From the human T2T-CHM13v2.0 reference genome, Homo sapiens: a stretch of DNA of 64,000 nt. The notes beneath the pieces were generated by a model. That model was given only the letters and a program-made list of their open reading frames with translations, was not told the DNA's origin and did no database searches. Positions 53,116-64,000 of this stretch are shown in pieces. The position numbers and the translations under genes are program-made. Position 1 is the first letter of the stretch; each line of letters opens with the position of its first letter. The stretch lies in assembly GCF_009914755.1 (NCBI RefSeq), contig NC_060944.1. One strand, 5' to 3'.

Positions 53116-53198
53116 ATATACTCCAATACAATATATTGGAGTATATTATTTTATACTCCAATACAATATATTGGAGTATATTATTTTATACTCCAATA
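53116..53198. repeat. 35 bp palindromic tandem repeat, 2.3 copies
   Basis: tatactccaata-caata-tattggagtata-ttattt repeated; units start at 53117, 53152, 53187. Confidence 0.98.
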
Positions 53199-53534
53199 AG
53201 TATAAAGTATATTTTATTTTAATTATGTCATATTCAATAAGAAAAAATGTATAGATGCTCTCAAAACAATCAATATGGTATGGCTTAGTGTGTATAGACA
53301 GAACTGTTCTGGGAACAAAATAATGCTTCACTTTACCAAGAAGCTTCATGTCTGCAAATTCCACACCTCTCTGATCCTGTTTTCTCCTCCGTAGAATGAA
53401 GCGTTTAGAAAAAAAATTCTCTATGTTCTCTTCTAATTTATAAACTCCACAATTCTAAATATAGAAAAAAGATCATGTTCTTATGGAAGGAGTTCTGGAC
53501 CCCAATATCAGAATAGATCTGATTTAAAGACAAA

Positions 53535-53985
53535 TGATTTGGCTTAGTTTTGCTTCCCCCAGAAGAAGAATCATAGGCAAGGATTTGCAGGTGGGTTATT
53601 TAGGAGATAATCCCAAGAAGCACCAGGACATCAAAGCAGGTGATGTAGGGTGGATCGTCAAGAGTGATGCCACTGTGTGCCACTGGAATTTAACGCTTTG
53701 GGTAACTCTGGGGGCCAGTAGAGAATATGGGCCTCAGAGTTATCCCGCCAGAGGCAAGAAGGAGCTGGAGGTGGGAAACTGATTTTTGATTTTTTTCAGT
53801 CATTGGTTGATGACTACTCCTGGAAAACTTAATTCTCCAGCCCTTTCTGCCTGCTGTGCACAAAGGCAGAGAAGTATGGTAGCAAGAGAAGCCCTCAGGC
53901 AATGAGATGCAAATGTTGACATTCAGATGTCAGGTCAATGTGCACCACGGGGTTGAGGCCAAAGATATAAGCAGATGCCAATGCA
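53535..53985 (-). mobile_element. LTR33 (ERVL) solo LTR
   Basis: ttcccccagaag...caaggatttgca...ttatttaggagataatcccaagaagcacc...cctcagagttatcccgcc...cagtcattggttga. Confidence 0.8.
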
Positions 53986-54653
53986 GTTCTTTTTAAAAAA
54001 TGGCAGTAAATTCTTTCTCCTTATAGATTTAATAAAGACATTTGAGAAGTAAATGAATTAGCATTTCTGAAACACATTGAGGGCCCTTCCACAGCACCTT
54101 TGAGTAAGTGACTATAGGCAGAGTACTGAGGTAAGTGTATTCTCTCTGTTTAAAAGGCTTTTTAGGATTCCTTTAGACAGCACATAAACAATTTCAGCTT
54201 ATTTGGGCACCATTTAGTTAGATTCTGTTTCAGACCACTAAGTGGCAACTTTTTCAAATATTGGGAGGTTAAGGAATTAGATTTTCATACTGAAAGTAAA
54301 TGAAAATAAATGTTACTTTCAGATACTGACAAATTATATTGCAGGTGTAAAGAAGAAAAGGTGCTGCTGGTATACTGTGAATCTCCTGCTTAAGCCCAAA
54401 AGGAGAAAGGTGGACAAAGTACTGATATTTGTCCTTTTCATACCTGTGCCAGAGCCTGCAGATGCGTAACAGGACCATGTAGATTTGTTTTCTCCCTAAT
54501 GAATAAAAAATGTCACCACTGTTGTTCAGGCTCATCATGGCGATGTTCTCCTAAGACTATGGACTCTTTCTGTGTCTTACTGTAACATACTGAACAAGCT
54601 GTGTTGATCTCTTCTTGACCTAAACATTCCAGAACATTCCTGATGCTAAGGGA

Positions 54654-54777
54654 TTTTTTTAAGAGGCAGGGTATTACTATGTTGCCCAGGCTGGCCTTGA
54701 CCTCCTAGGTTCAAGTGATCCTCCCAACTCAGTTTCCCAAGTAGCTGGACTATAGGTACTCACCACCACACTCAGCT
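54654..54777 (-). mobile_element. Alu monomer (FLAM)
   Basis: actatgttgcccaggctggccttgacctcctaggttcaagtgatcctccc...; short TSD gggat. Confidence 0.9.
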
Positions 54778-54983
54778 GGGATAATCTATTTTAAGGTTGG
54801 GTAAGTGGGATAGACTTATCTCTAATTTTAATATCTCACTTAGAATTTCTTCACTGTGGCAAAAGATAAATGTTTTTTCTTCAGACCCATTACTCTTATC
54901 TCTCTTGATATCATTCGAGGGCATCAGAGACTTCCCCATGGCACTCATGGAAAAGCAAAATCAATGAACCAGATCCCACCTAG

Positions 54984-55571
54984 TGTCAGAAAGTTTCAAA
55001 CCAGAGCCACTTTATTTTGAATAGGGGCTGAGTAAAATGAGGCTGAGACCTGCTGGGCTGCATTCCCAGAAAGTTAGGCATTCTTAGTCACAAGAAGTTT
55101 ATGGTTAAGGGAACAGGTTAATCATGTTTACTGAACAGACGCAGGACTTACTAGATCCAGGACTTAACAGACCCAGGAAATGCCCTGATGTTCCCATATC
55201 TCAGGAACAAAAGCATTCTTAGTTTAAGCATAAGTTTCATGTTAACAATAATAATATAGATTCTTGCAGTAGACAGTAGTTACACAAAGATTAACAATCA
55301 TTTGTCATGAGCCTTTGTAATAGAACACATCTCCGCATGATTTTTTGCTTTGTAATCTTATACGTAAACAAGCATTGTACCTAAGGTGGATGTGTTCCTC
55401 CTCTTGCTTTCAGGAACATCGTTCTCTGTCTATGGTGTAACCATTCTTGTATTCCTTTACTTTCTTAATAAACTTGCTTTCACTTTATTCTGGATTCACC
55501 TTGGATTCTTTCTTGCTCAAGATCCAAGAACCTTCCCTTGGGATCTGAATTGGGACCCCTTTTCAATAACA
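54984..55571 (+). mobile_element. MER41 (C/D-like, ERV1) solo LTR, 588 bp, 4 bp TSD ctag
   Basis: tgtcaga...ttgaataggggctgagtaaaatgaggctgagacctgctgggctgcattcccag...cttaataaacttgctttcactt...aataaca; ctag at 54980-54983 and 55572-55575. Confidence 0.93.
55063..55071. promoter_or_regulatory. Consensus GAS (STAT) motif TTCCCAGAA within MER41
   Basis: TTC-N3-GAA match; function not demonstrated. Confidence 0.35.
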
Positions 55572-55678
55572 CTAGTGCAGAGTAAAAGAAATGCAGGAGT
55601 GTAGACTCAGAAATGGAGATAGTGCAATCGGGGTGGGGGAGGATGTGCCCCAATATGAATGAATCTATGGGTTTAGAC

Positions 55679-55909
55679 CAGGGGAGTCCAATTGTTTGGC
55701 TCCCCTGGGTCTCGTTGGAAGAAGAATTGTCTCGGGCCACACATAAAATATACTAACACTAATAATCCATGATGAGCTAATTTTTAAAAAAATAGGGTCC
55801 ATGCATAAATCTCGTAATGTTTTAGGAAAGTTTATGAATTTGTATTGGGCCACATTCAAAGCTGTCCTGGGCTGCATGTGGCCCATGGACTGCGGGATAG
55901 ATAAGCTTG
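55679..55909 (+). mobile_element. MER30 hAT-Charlie MITE
   Basis: caggggagtccaat...ggaagaagaattgtctcgggccacacataaaata...gggccacattcaaagctgtcctgggc...aagcttg; TSD gtttagac / ctttagat. Confidence 0.93.
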
Positions 55910-55939
55910 CTTTAGATTGTCTCTAAAACAGAAGCATAT

Positions 55940-56140
55940 ATTTGAAGCCACCCACCCCCATTTGAGCTGCCAGATGACCCAAGCTGCATAAGTGACCCCA
56001 GACTAGACCAACAGAAGAATCGCTTAGTTAAGCACAGTTCAAATTGTTCTTCCACTGAATCATGAGTATATAAAATGGTTATTGTCTTCAATCACTGAGT
56101 CTGTGGTGGTTGGTTACGCATAAATAAATAATTAATATAG
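55940..56140 (+). mobile_element. MLT1 LTR 3' fragment
   Basis: gaccaacagaagaatcgcttagttaagc...gaatcatgag...tcactgagtctgtggtggttggttacgca. Confidence 0.7.
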
Positions 56141-56299
56141 TAATTTAAGCAACAACCAGTGATTGCTTAATAAGGGAAGACGTTGACATTTCAAAAATAT
56201 TTGAAAGATTATTTAGCCCTGGTTAAAATATCTCAAGATTTTATTGTAAACTCTTTGTTGCAGGTAGGCCCACTGTGCATCAGATATATCTCGTAAACT

Positions 56300-56605
56300 C
56301 CCTTCTGTGCCGTTGCTTATGCATCCCCTAAGCGTGGGATGCCTTCTCTGCTCCTCTCAGCCTGCCTACAGAAAGCTGCTCTCCAAAATAAACCTCCTCC
56401 ATAATGTTTGCCTTGCAAACATTATTATTAAGACCAGCCTGCTTCTCAATAATTTATTCAGTCACTAAACCCATATAACCCTAATAAAATTCACTTATTT
56501 GGCACTATATCAACCAATTCGAAAGCCTTATCTCCCATCTGGACTACAAGCTTCTTGAAGGAAATATGCCTGCACCTAGTATGGTATCTGTGACATGGCT
56601 CAAGA
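56300..56605 (+). mobile_element. L2 remnant
   Basis: cttatctcccatctggactacaagcttcttgaagg...gcacctagtatggtatctg. Confidence 0.55.
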
Positions 56606-57699
56606 TGTGTGACAGCCCACCCACTAAAGTAGGTGACTTTGTGTTTGCCTACTGTTCTCTGAGTTAACACATGGCAGGAGGGGAAGAATCAGAACACGAT
56701 GAAAGCTTCTAAGTGCTTGGATCTTAGCTCTTTAAATATGAAACTGTTGACTTTTTTATGAACCTTCACTTTTTAGTTCCAAATATATTTTACAAATATG
56801 GAAAAATACCAGGAGAGTGTTATCCTCAGAGTCATTGCTGAGTATTGTTGCTGTGGATGTGGTTGTAGGAGTTATAGTGCGGTTCACACGGGAGGTGGCA
56901 GGGGTACTTCCTCACGGCAACAAAGTGAGTAAACACGGAAGTCCTTCAATACATTTGTGGTACCAAATTCCACTGAATGAGCCTCATCTCCACTTCCTTA
57001 TGTTTCTTTCTGTTCTTCCTCTTTACAACACACTTGGGAGGCAGATTGAACCTCTGGTCCTGATTTTAGTCAATAAGGTCAACCCTACACAGAAGGATTT
57101 CCTTTCAATTTAGTGATTCTGTTTTTTGAACTTCAAGAAGGTCAAGTTTTAGAGATATTACATTTCTGGTGGATGCGCCTTTATTCTTGATGATAATTTT
57201 AAATCTCGCTCCCTAAGGGAGAATGACTGGCAGCTATCAACAGGAACTGTAAGAAGGTCTAAGCCACACAAGCATAAAAATGCAAAAGAAGAGTCAGCTC
57301 AAGCTTTTCTCTATGGAATGTAATGTAAAACCCAGAAACATTTACAGAGTTGACCTAGGAGAGAATCTGAAAACAAAGACAGAATTTCCTGGGACTGTTT
57401 TAACCTAGAGGTTGAAATGGATGCCTCTGGAAATAAATACTAAAGGATCCCCTTTCATACCTTCTTGGTTTCAAGTTCAAGGGTTCAAGGGTAGTGTGCT
57501 TCTTCACTCTATTTCTAATTCATTTTAGAATTTGAGTCACCCAGAAGAACTTAGGTACCAAATGACCTGGAGTATAAGCATGCCACTTATGTGATAGAGA
57601 TTTTAAAGGAAAATAATCAAGCCCATGTCTCCTGTTTCAAGGGCCTGCTTTGGCTAAATACGTGAAGCAACTTGCTCAATTTCTTCAATAGTAGTGACA

Positions 57700-58240
57700 G
57701 TCATTATTATAAACAACCTAGCACACACTACGTTCTTCCTTTGCACTAGGCACATTTTGCTAAGTGTTTTAAAAACAAAATTTATAATTCAAATAGCTCG
57801 GCAATATTGATATCATTCTTAATTTACAAGTGCAGATGTGAGCCTTAACTAATAACTGATCGGTACTGAAGTAAGAAAGATCAGCTTATTTGCCTTGAGG
57901 TAGGACCAACTGTGGGTATAATTTATACTCTAGAGCTTCCTTTGGGATCAAGCTGAGATTGGAATTCACATTCATTCTCCTTCCTGCTTTGGTTCTTTCC
58001 TTTCTATTAGCTTCCCTCACTATTCCTGAGAGCAATTCCTTAATAAATCATTTGCTCATGAATCTTCATCTCAGGGGTAGCTTACTTAGGACACTAATCC
58101 AGAAGGATGTTCTTATTTATTATAGGACTAAAGAAAGGTCGATGATACAACTTGTTCCAAATCACAAGGTTAGTAAAGATGGGAGCCCACATTTGAACTC
58201 AGGTCTGGCTCCTTCTCAAAGTCATATTGTAAACCTCACC
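57700..58240 (-). mobile_element. MIR interrupted by a partial LTR16 (~57840-58110, + strand)
   Basis: MIR: ctaggcacattttgctaagtgtttt, aaatcacaaggttagtaaagatgggagcc...tttgaactcagg; LTR16: agagcttcctttgggatcaagctgag, atgaatcttcatctcaggg. Confidence 0.65.
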
Positions 58241-59399
58241 TTATACTTTCTTTCTTAGACTGAAGAGGACACAGCAACTAAGGTATAATTCAATAGATAA
58301 CCTGATAGTGTCATGACCCTCATCATGCCCAGCTCATCACCCTCAGCCTCCTCTAACTCAAGAACAACTATCTCTTCACAGATGTTGAAGATATGAGGTT
58401 CTCCGATATTGAGATATAGAGGACAGGAAGCAAACCTCCCTCCCCTGCTAGTACATTGATGTAGCCTGAGAAGTTTTGTTTTCCTCAGTTTTTGTCTCTT
58501 AATTTGAGAAAATGCTTTAGACACAGTCACAATTTGAGAAGGGAGGGATATGGATTAAAGGCAGATATAAAAGGACAACTAGATGCTATTGGAAAATGTA
58601 GGCGATGAAATAAAGCCCTTTGTTCTCTGAATTCTGGACTTTGTTTGTAGGGGGTGCACAGCTTTGCAGGCCAGTTGCATTCATTCCACTGACTCAATCT
58701 GTTCTGTAAAACATCTCCAGTTGCATGACTATGACCTGACCTAAAACTTGACCTAACTGTGGCACCAAAGCAATTTGGTTTTTTTTTTTCCCCAATACCT
58801 GCCTAAATGCTGTATTTCCAAACGGTGCAGGAAGCAGTCTTATCACTTTTTGCCATGTAATCATAAAAGTATCCGAGTTTTCCTCATGAGTGGACTACAC
58901 ACACATGTTACTTGTGTGGAGGTAGCTCCTATAAGCTTTAATCATTAGACAAATGTTGATATATTATTGTTTATCTTACATTGATTCATTATACAATTTA
59001 CAGATACACAATATACGCACAAGATAAACAATAAAAGTATTTTTCAGCTAGAGTTGCCTAGAAAAAGTCACAGACTAAGATTGCAAGAGGTACGAGAGAA
59101 GGTGAAGACAAAGGAAAGAGAGGCAGAGAAGGGTGGAAAACAAGGTCACAGGATATTGTACTAGTTATTATTTCATGATGATCTGTGCATAGATAATAGT
59201 ACGTTGTCTGGCAGGAGCTTAGCCCCATGTAATGTTTCTGGACAGGTGTTGCAAAGACATTGCCCACAGAGCAGTCCATGAAAGGAAATATGATGAGGAC
59301 ATTTATTTATTTACTTGCCTGATCCCTCCTGTGTCCTATTTTCTACTGCTCAAAGGTGATCTCCTAGTGGATTGACTCCTAGCATTTCCAGTTTTGTAT

Positions 59400-60292
59400 C
59401 ACCTAGTATTTAGCAGCTTCTCTTATAAAGACAGACACTGGGTTCCTAAGCATGGCATTTACGTTAGTCAGATCTCGTAGGATGAACCAGAAACTCAGCT
59501 GTGTGGTAAGCCTGACATTCCCGCAGGAAGCAACTGGTGGCCCAGTTGCACAGGTCCAGTCACTGTTGGTCATTGCCCAGCACCTAAGAGCATGGGACTG
59601 AGAATCTGGAGAGGTTGGCATCACTCTTTCTTGGACCTTCTGCCACCAGGAGAACAAGCATGAAGAAGCCCGCTGAAGGTTGAGCGATGACATGGAGCAC
59701 AGATGAACCATCCCAGCTGAGGCCATCCTTGACCAATGCTATGGTTTGAAAGTTTGTGTCTCCCCCAAATTCACATGTTGAAATCCTAACATTCAATGTG
59801 TTGGTTTTAGGAGATGAGGCCTTTGGGAGGTGATTAGGCCATGAGGGTGGGACCCTCATAAATGAGATTAGTGCCCTCACATAAGAGACCCCCAAAACTC
59901 CCTGTCCCTTCCACCATGTGAGGACACCGTAGGAAACTGGCTGCCTGCAAATGGGAAAGGGTCCCTCAACAGAAACTGACCATACTGGCATGCTGATCTC
60001 AGGCCTAGCCTGCAGAACTATGAGAAATAAATTTCCATGGTTTTAAGCCACCCAGTTAATTGTATTTTGTTATAGCAGCATAAATAAGATAATCAGCGAG
60101 ATCTGATTTACCAACGAACTCACCCAACATACATAAGCAAGCTAGCCAGAGTCAGGCGAGACCAGGCCAGATGTGTAGGACCTCCCAGCCAATCCACAGA
60201 TTCATAAACAAGAATGCATGTTTATTACTGTAAGGCACAAAGCTTTTGTACATTTTTAAGCAGCATTATTGTGGCCATAGATTACCAATCAA
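59400..60292 (+). mobile_element. MLT1G/H-like LTR split by a nested MLT1A
   Basis: ggagcacagatgaaccatcccagctgaggccatcct | insert | ...cagccaatccacagattcataa...tgtttattactgtaag...gcagcattattgtggccatagat. Confidence 0.75.
59737..60091 (+). mobile_element. MLT1A-like MaLR solo LTR
   Basis: tgctatggtttgaaagtttgtgtctcccccaaattcacatgttgaaatcc...gaactatgagaaataaattt...gttatagcagc; degenerate TSD accaa / atcag. Confidence 0.9.
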
Positions 60293-60820
60293 AATCTTAA
60301 CAACAATCCTACAAGGTAGACATGACTTTTTTTGTTTAAATGTCAACCAATATGGAAGCAGAAATGTTAAACGATTTGGCCAACATCTCACATTACACTT
60401 TTGATTGGAACCTAGGGATTCCTAATTCCGTGGTTTTAATTGCTATAATTTACAGCTTAATTTTCCTTAGATCCTTGATATTTATTATTTATTGACTAGT
60501 GACATTTAGTGGATAATTTGATCATGTTGTCTTCCTCCTTAAGGTACTATATCTTGTTTAAATTTTATGTTTTCAGAGCCTGGAGTTTTGTAATTAAGTA
60601 AATATTAAGGATATGGAACATAAAGTAGAGAGAAAATATCAGAAAGAGCGACAGATAAAATATACTAAAGGAAAGACAGTTAAGTACATATTTTTACCGT
60701 AAGGGAGAGAAGACAGGTGAGGCTTGGGGTGGAGTGATGTGCACAGTGAACTCATAAGGGGATTGCTGGTTTCCTAGGTAGCTTGAGCATGATGCATGCA
60801 TAGATCTCTGTGGTTCAAGA

Positions 60821-61008
60821 TTTTTTTTTTTTTTTTTTGAGACAAGAGTCTCGCTCTGTCGCCCCTCAGCCTCCCAAGTAGCTGGGACTACAGGCGCCCA
60901 CCACCATGCCTGGCTAATTTTTTTGTATTTTTAGTAGAGATGGGGTTTCACCATGTTAGCCAGGATGGTCTAGATCTCCTGACCTCATGATCCGCCCACC
61001 TCGGCCTC
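60821..61008 (-). mobile_element. AluY/Sc-like, 5'-truncated with an internal deletion
   Basis: Poly(T), gtctcgctctgtcgccc joined directly to ctcagcctcccaagtagc; TSD tcaagatttt / tcaggatttt. Confidence 0.93.
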
Positions 61009-62754
61009 AGGATTTTATAACTTATTTCTAGAAAAACTGAATCTCTGATTTGCTTTGTCTGTTTTTTGAAAGATGTAATCATAGATGAGTTGTACAGACG
61101 TGGCTTATGGAATCAGTTTCATGCGTTCATTTACAGCCATACCCTATAAACTACTGCTGCCAGAGTGAAGACCTGGTATCTATATTCAATCACGGGTTCT
61201 CTGCCCTATTTATCTAGCTGGATTTGAAAACCAAAGCAAACTACATGCAGGGTGAGGCCAGTCAGAAAGTCTGGACTGCCTGAGGCGCCAGCATTTATAC
61301 GTCTGCCCCATCAGTGTGATAGGGAGAGATAGCCCTCATTCCCATTAGTGTTAATGGAGCCAATCATAGGAATCCACCACATATCAATGTGTATCCTCTC
61401 ATGTTTTGATATCTTAATGCACAAAATTTCATCTCTAGGGAAAGGCTTGTCTCCTCTTAAGTGCTCTAAATTCCCATTAATACTAATGGAACAAAGATAC
61501 ATACACCCACTGATGCTCAGAAAAGTGGGCAAAATATAGGAGATGATTAGGTTTTAGGAGTGCCATAAGAGATTCACGGAAGCTGCAGGGATTGTCTAAA
61601 ATGATCCATCTTTCCAAGCTTATTTAAGCAGTTTCATATACAGAGCCAATTTTTTTTTCTCAGAATCATCAACAGATAATTGGCCACATTCCGCTCTCCA
61701 GGAGGAAGAAGCTGAATCAATATATGTTTGAGAACACCCTAATATCCTTTGGGATGCTGGGTGTATTTATAAAAAAAGAGAGTGGAGAGGGTTCTAGAAG
61801 AACCCCAGATTTTTCCAGGAGAGAACACAGAGGTAGGTCAGCCCAGAGGAAGGAGGAGAAGCAGAGAGTGTGGGGGCTTCTTTTAGCGGGTTTCTCCAGG
61901 CAGCGGGAAGAACTGACACAATCTCTGCAGGCTGCTCTGTGCTGCAGAAGTGCGGTGTGAGCTAGTAAACTGCCCATTATTCCTCTGCCTGCATTTTCTT
62001 TTAAAAGATGCTGTTTTAACTTATAGGACATGCAAGATAAGCAATGCTGGCCTTACCCTACCCCTTCACTTTGTAGAGAGGGTAACTGATGCAGGTTCTT
62101 ACATGGTCTGAAGTTATTAAAGAGATAAAATTATACAACTTAGAGATAAGGCTATGTGAGCAGAATATAAATGGACATGATAATAAGCCAACCTTTATTT
62201 GACCTCTCAACAAGTTTGGCTGGTTTTTCTCCTGTTGAATTAGAATTGTGTCCTTTTAGCGATCTTCCGTAGTTTAAAGAAGAGGCTTGTCTGGATCAGC
62301 CACACCCGTAGGCAGCCTCAGATCATCACTTGTTGGTGGGATTAGAGAGGTGCTGGGAGGGACCCCTAAGTGATTTAAATCCAGGGACCACAGTGTCCAA
62401 AACTCTTACAGAATTAGTTTTTGGCTGAAGCCTTACTTTTTTGTGTGTGTTTTAAATGTAGAACAAAAGAATTGTTGTGAGAAATAAACTATCATTACAT
62501 CCTGCTATTAATACCTTTGAGACAATAATTTCACCAGAGAGTACCTGGACATAATTCAGAGGACAAGGATGCTTCAAGGGGAAGGAGAAAGTGAAAAAAA
62601 GAAATAGAAGATGGAAAGAAATCAAGATGAGCTTTGCCTACACTGTCTTTACAGACTTTGAGAGGATGAAAAGAGTAAATGTATCATGGAGTTGGGTGCA
62701 CACTATAGGAGGTATGCTTCCTATACACAGTCTTCCTTACCTTTTTAAGGATGA

Positions 62755-62910
62755 GTGTTACAGATCTATTCTGATATCCTGATGAAAGCTACAGACCTTC
62801 TTGTAAAAAAAAATGTGTACACACACACACACACATGCATACATGGTTTCAGGGAATTTGGGATGTTCACACGTCCCTTGATGTCCATTCACAGACCCCC
62901 ACTTCAGGGA
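62755..62910. mobile_element. Old hAT-Charlie MITE remnant (MER112/113-like) with (CA)n
   Basis: ctgatgaaagctacagacc...aaaaatgtgtacacacac...tttcaggg...gtccattcacagaccc. Confidence 0.5.
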
Positions 62911-63054
62911 AACGGCCTAACATGTAGAAGAGTTCAAGGTCAGAACTAGGATGGCGACGGATTTTACATTACAAAGAACAATGATCTTGGGTCTCTCATT
63001 TCTAACAATCTCATACGGAGGATGAAGTTTTTGGTAAAAGTGGACATTTATTGA

Positions 63055-64000
63055 AGATTTTTGTGCTTTTACTGATACATAATATTTATACATATTTATG
63101 GGCTACATGTCATATTTTGTTACATACATAAAATGTAATGATCAAGTTACAGTATTAGGGTATCTATCACCTTGTGTATTTATCATTTCTATGTGTTGGG
63201 AACATTTCAAATCCTCTCTTCTAACTATTTTGAAATATACAATACATTGTTGTTAGGTATAGCCACCCTACTCTGCTATTAAATATTAAAACATATTCCT
63301 TCTATTTCACTGTATGTATATGTTCATTAACCAATCTCTCTTCATTCCCACACCCCGCTACCTGAACCTTCCCAGCCTCTGGTATCTACTATTCTATTCT
63401 CTACCTCCATAAGATCAACTTTTTTAGCTCCTACATACGAATGAGAATATACAATATTTGTCTTTCTGTACCTGGCTTATTTCACTTAGCATAATGACCT
63501 GCAATTCCATCCATGTAGTTGCAAATGACATGATTTCATTTGTTCATGTTTTTACTTTTCTAGTTCCTTGAGATACATTGTTACATTTTTTATCTGAAAT
63601 CTTTCTGCTTTTTAACTGTGAGCATTTTTTGCTATAAACATCCTTCTTAACACTGCCTTTGCTGTATCTCATTGGTTTTAGTATGTTGTGTTTCAATCTT
63701 CACTGGTTTCAAGAAACTTTTTGATTCTCTCCTTAATTTCTTCCTTGACCCAATGTCATTCAGGAACATGGTGATTAATTTCCATGTATTTATATTGTTT
63801 CTAAAGTTCCTCTTGTTAGTGATGTCTACATTTATTCCATTGCATTCTGACAAGATAGCTGATATAATTTCAATTTTTTAAAAAATAGGGATTTTTTTTT
63901 TGTGTCCTAACATATAGTCTATCCTGAAGAATGTTCCATATGAGAAGAATGTGTGTTCTGTAGCCGTTTGATGAGATGTTCTGTAAATGTCTGTTAGGGC
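63055..64000 (-). mobile_element. L1MA (about L1MA3-4) 3' UTR joined to mid-ORF2; runs off the window
   Basis: Antisense L1MA 3' UTR 63055-63540, then antisense post-endonuclease ORF2 (ORF ...NKRNFRNNINTWKL...). Confidence 0.92.

Noticed and set aside
53116-53198. CRISPR-like 35 bp palindromic repeat
   Set aside because: Units are directly adjacent with no unique spacers, no cas genes, primate context
54470-54980. Possible additional LTR around the FLAM
   Set aside because: LTR-like wording, but I could not define termini or family
59403-59991. 107 aa and 135 aa ORFs
   Set aside because: Lie antisense within nested MLT1 LTRs

Overview
Primate (Alu-containing, human-like) AT-rich intergenic or deep-intronic DNA. 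I find no supportable protein-coding gene, structural RNA gene, CpG island or CRISPR array. A large part of the window is fossil transposable elements: L1 (a full-length ~7.4 kb L1MA nested in an older L1, two 5'-inverted L1PA copies, one internally deleted L1MA), about 11 Alu/FLAM copies, MaLR/ERVL/ERV1 LTRs (MLT1, MST, THE1, LTR16, LTR33, MER41, MER67-like), hAT MITEs (MER3, MER5, MER30, MER33, MER53), MIR and L2. Many ORFs in the track are Alu, L1 or LTR artefacts; the rest are mostly chance-length. The strongest structure not explained by repeat annotation is a 2.2 kb cluster at 19.9-22.1 kb of old, locally templated copies: a ~300 bp composite insert (an 80 bp copy of the L1MC 4 kb upstream plus a ~220 bp inverted copy of neighbouring unique DNA) inside an MLT1 LTR, and an inverted copy of the same LTR in its pre-insertion state enclosed by ~55 bp inverted repeats. 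Other leads are an L1/THE1 deletion fusion, a 35 bp palindromic tandem array, a 132 bp tandem duplication, a 213-codon ORF in mostly unique DNA, and a GAS-bearing MER41 LTR. Repeat subfamily names come from my recollection of consensus sequences and need RepeatMasker/Dfam confirmation; boundaries of old repeats are approximate.
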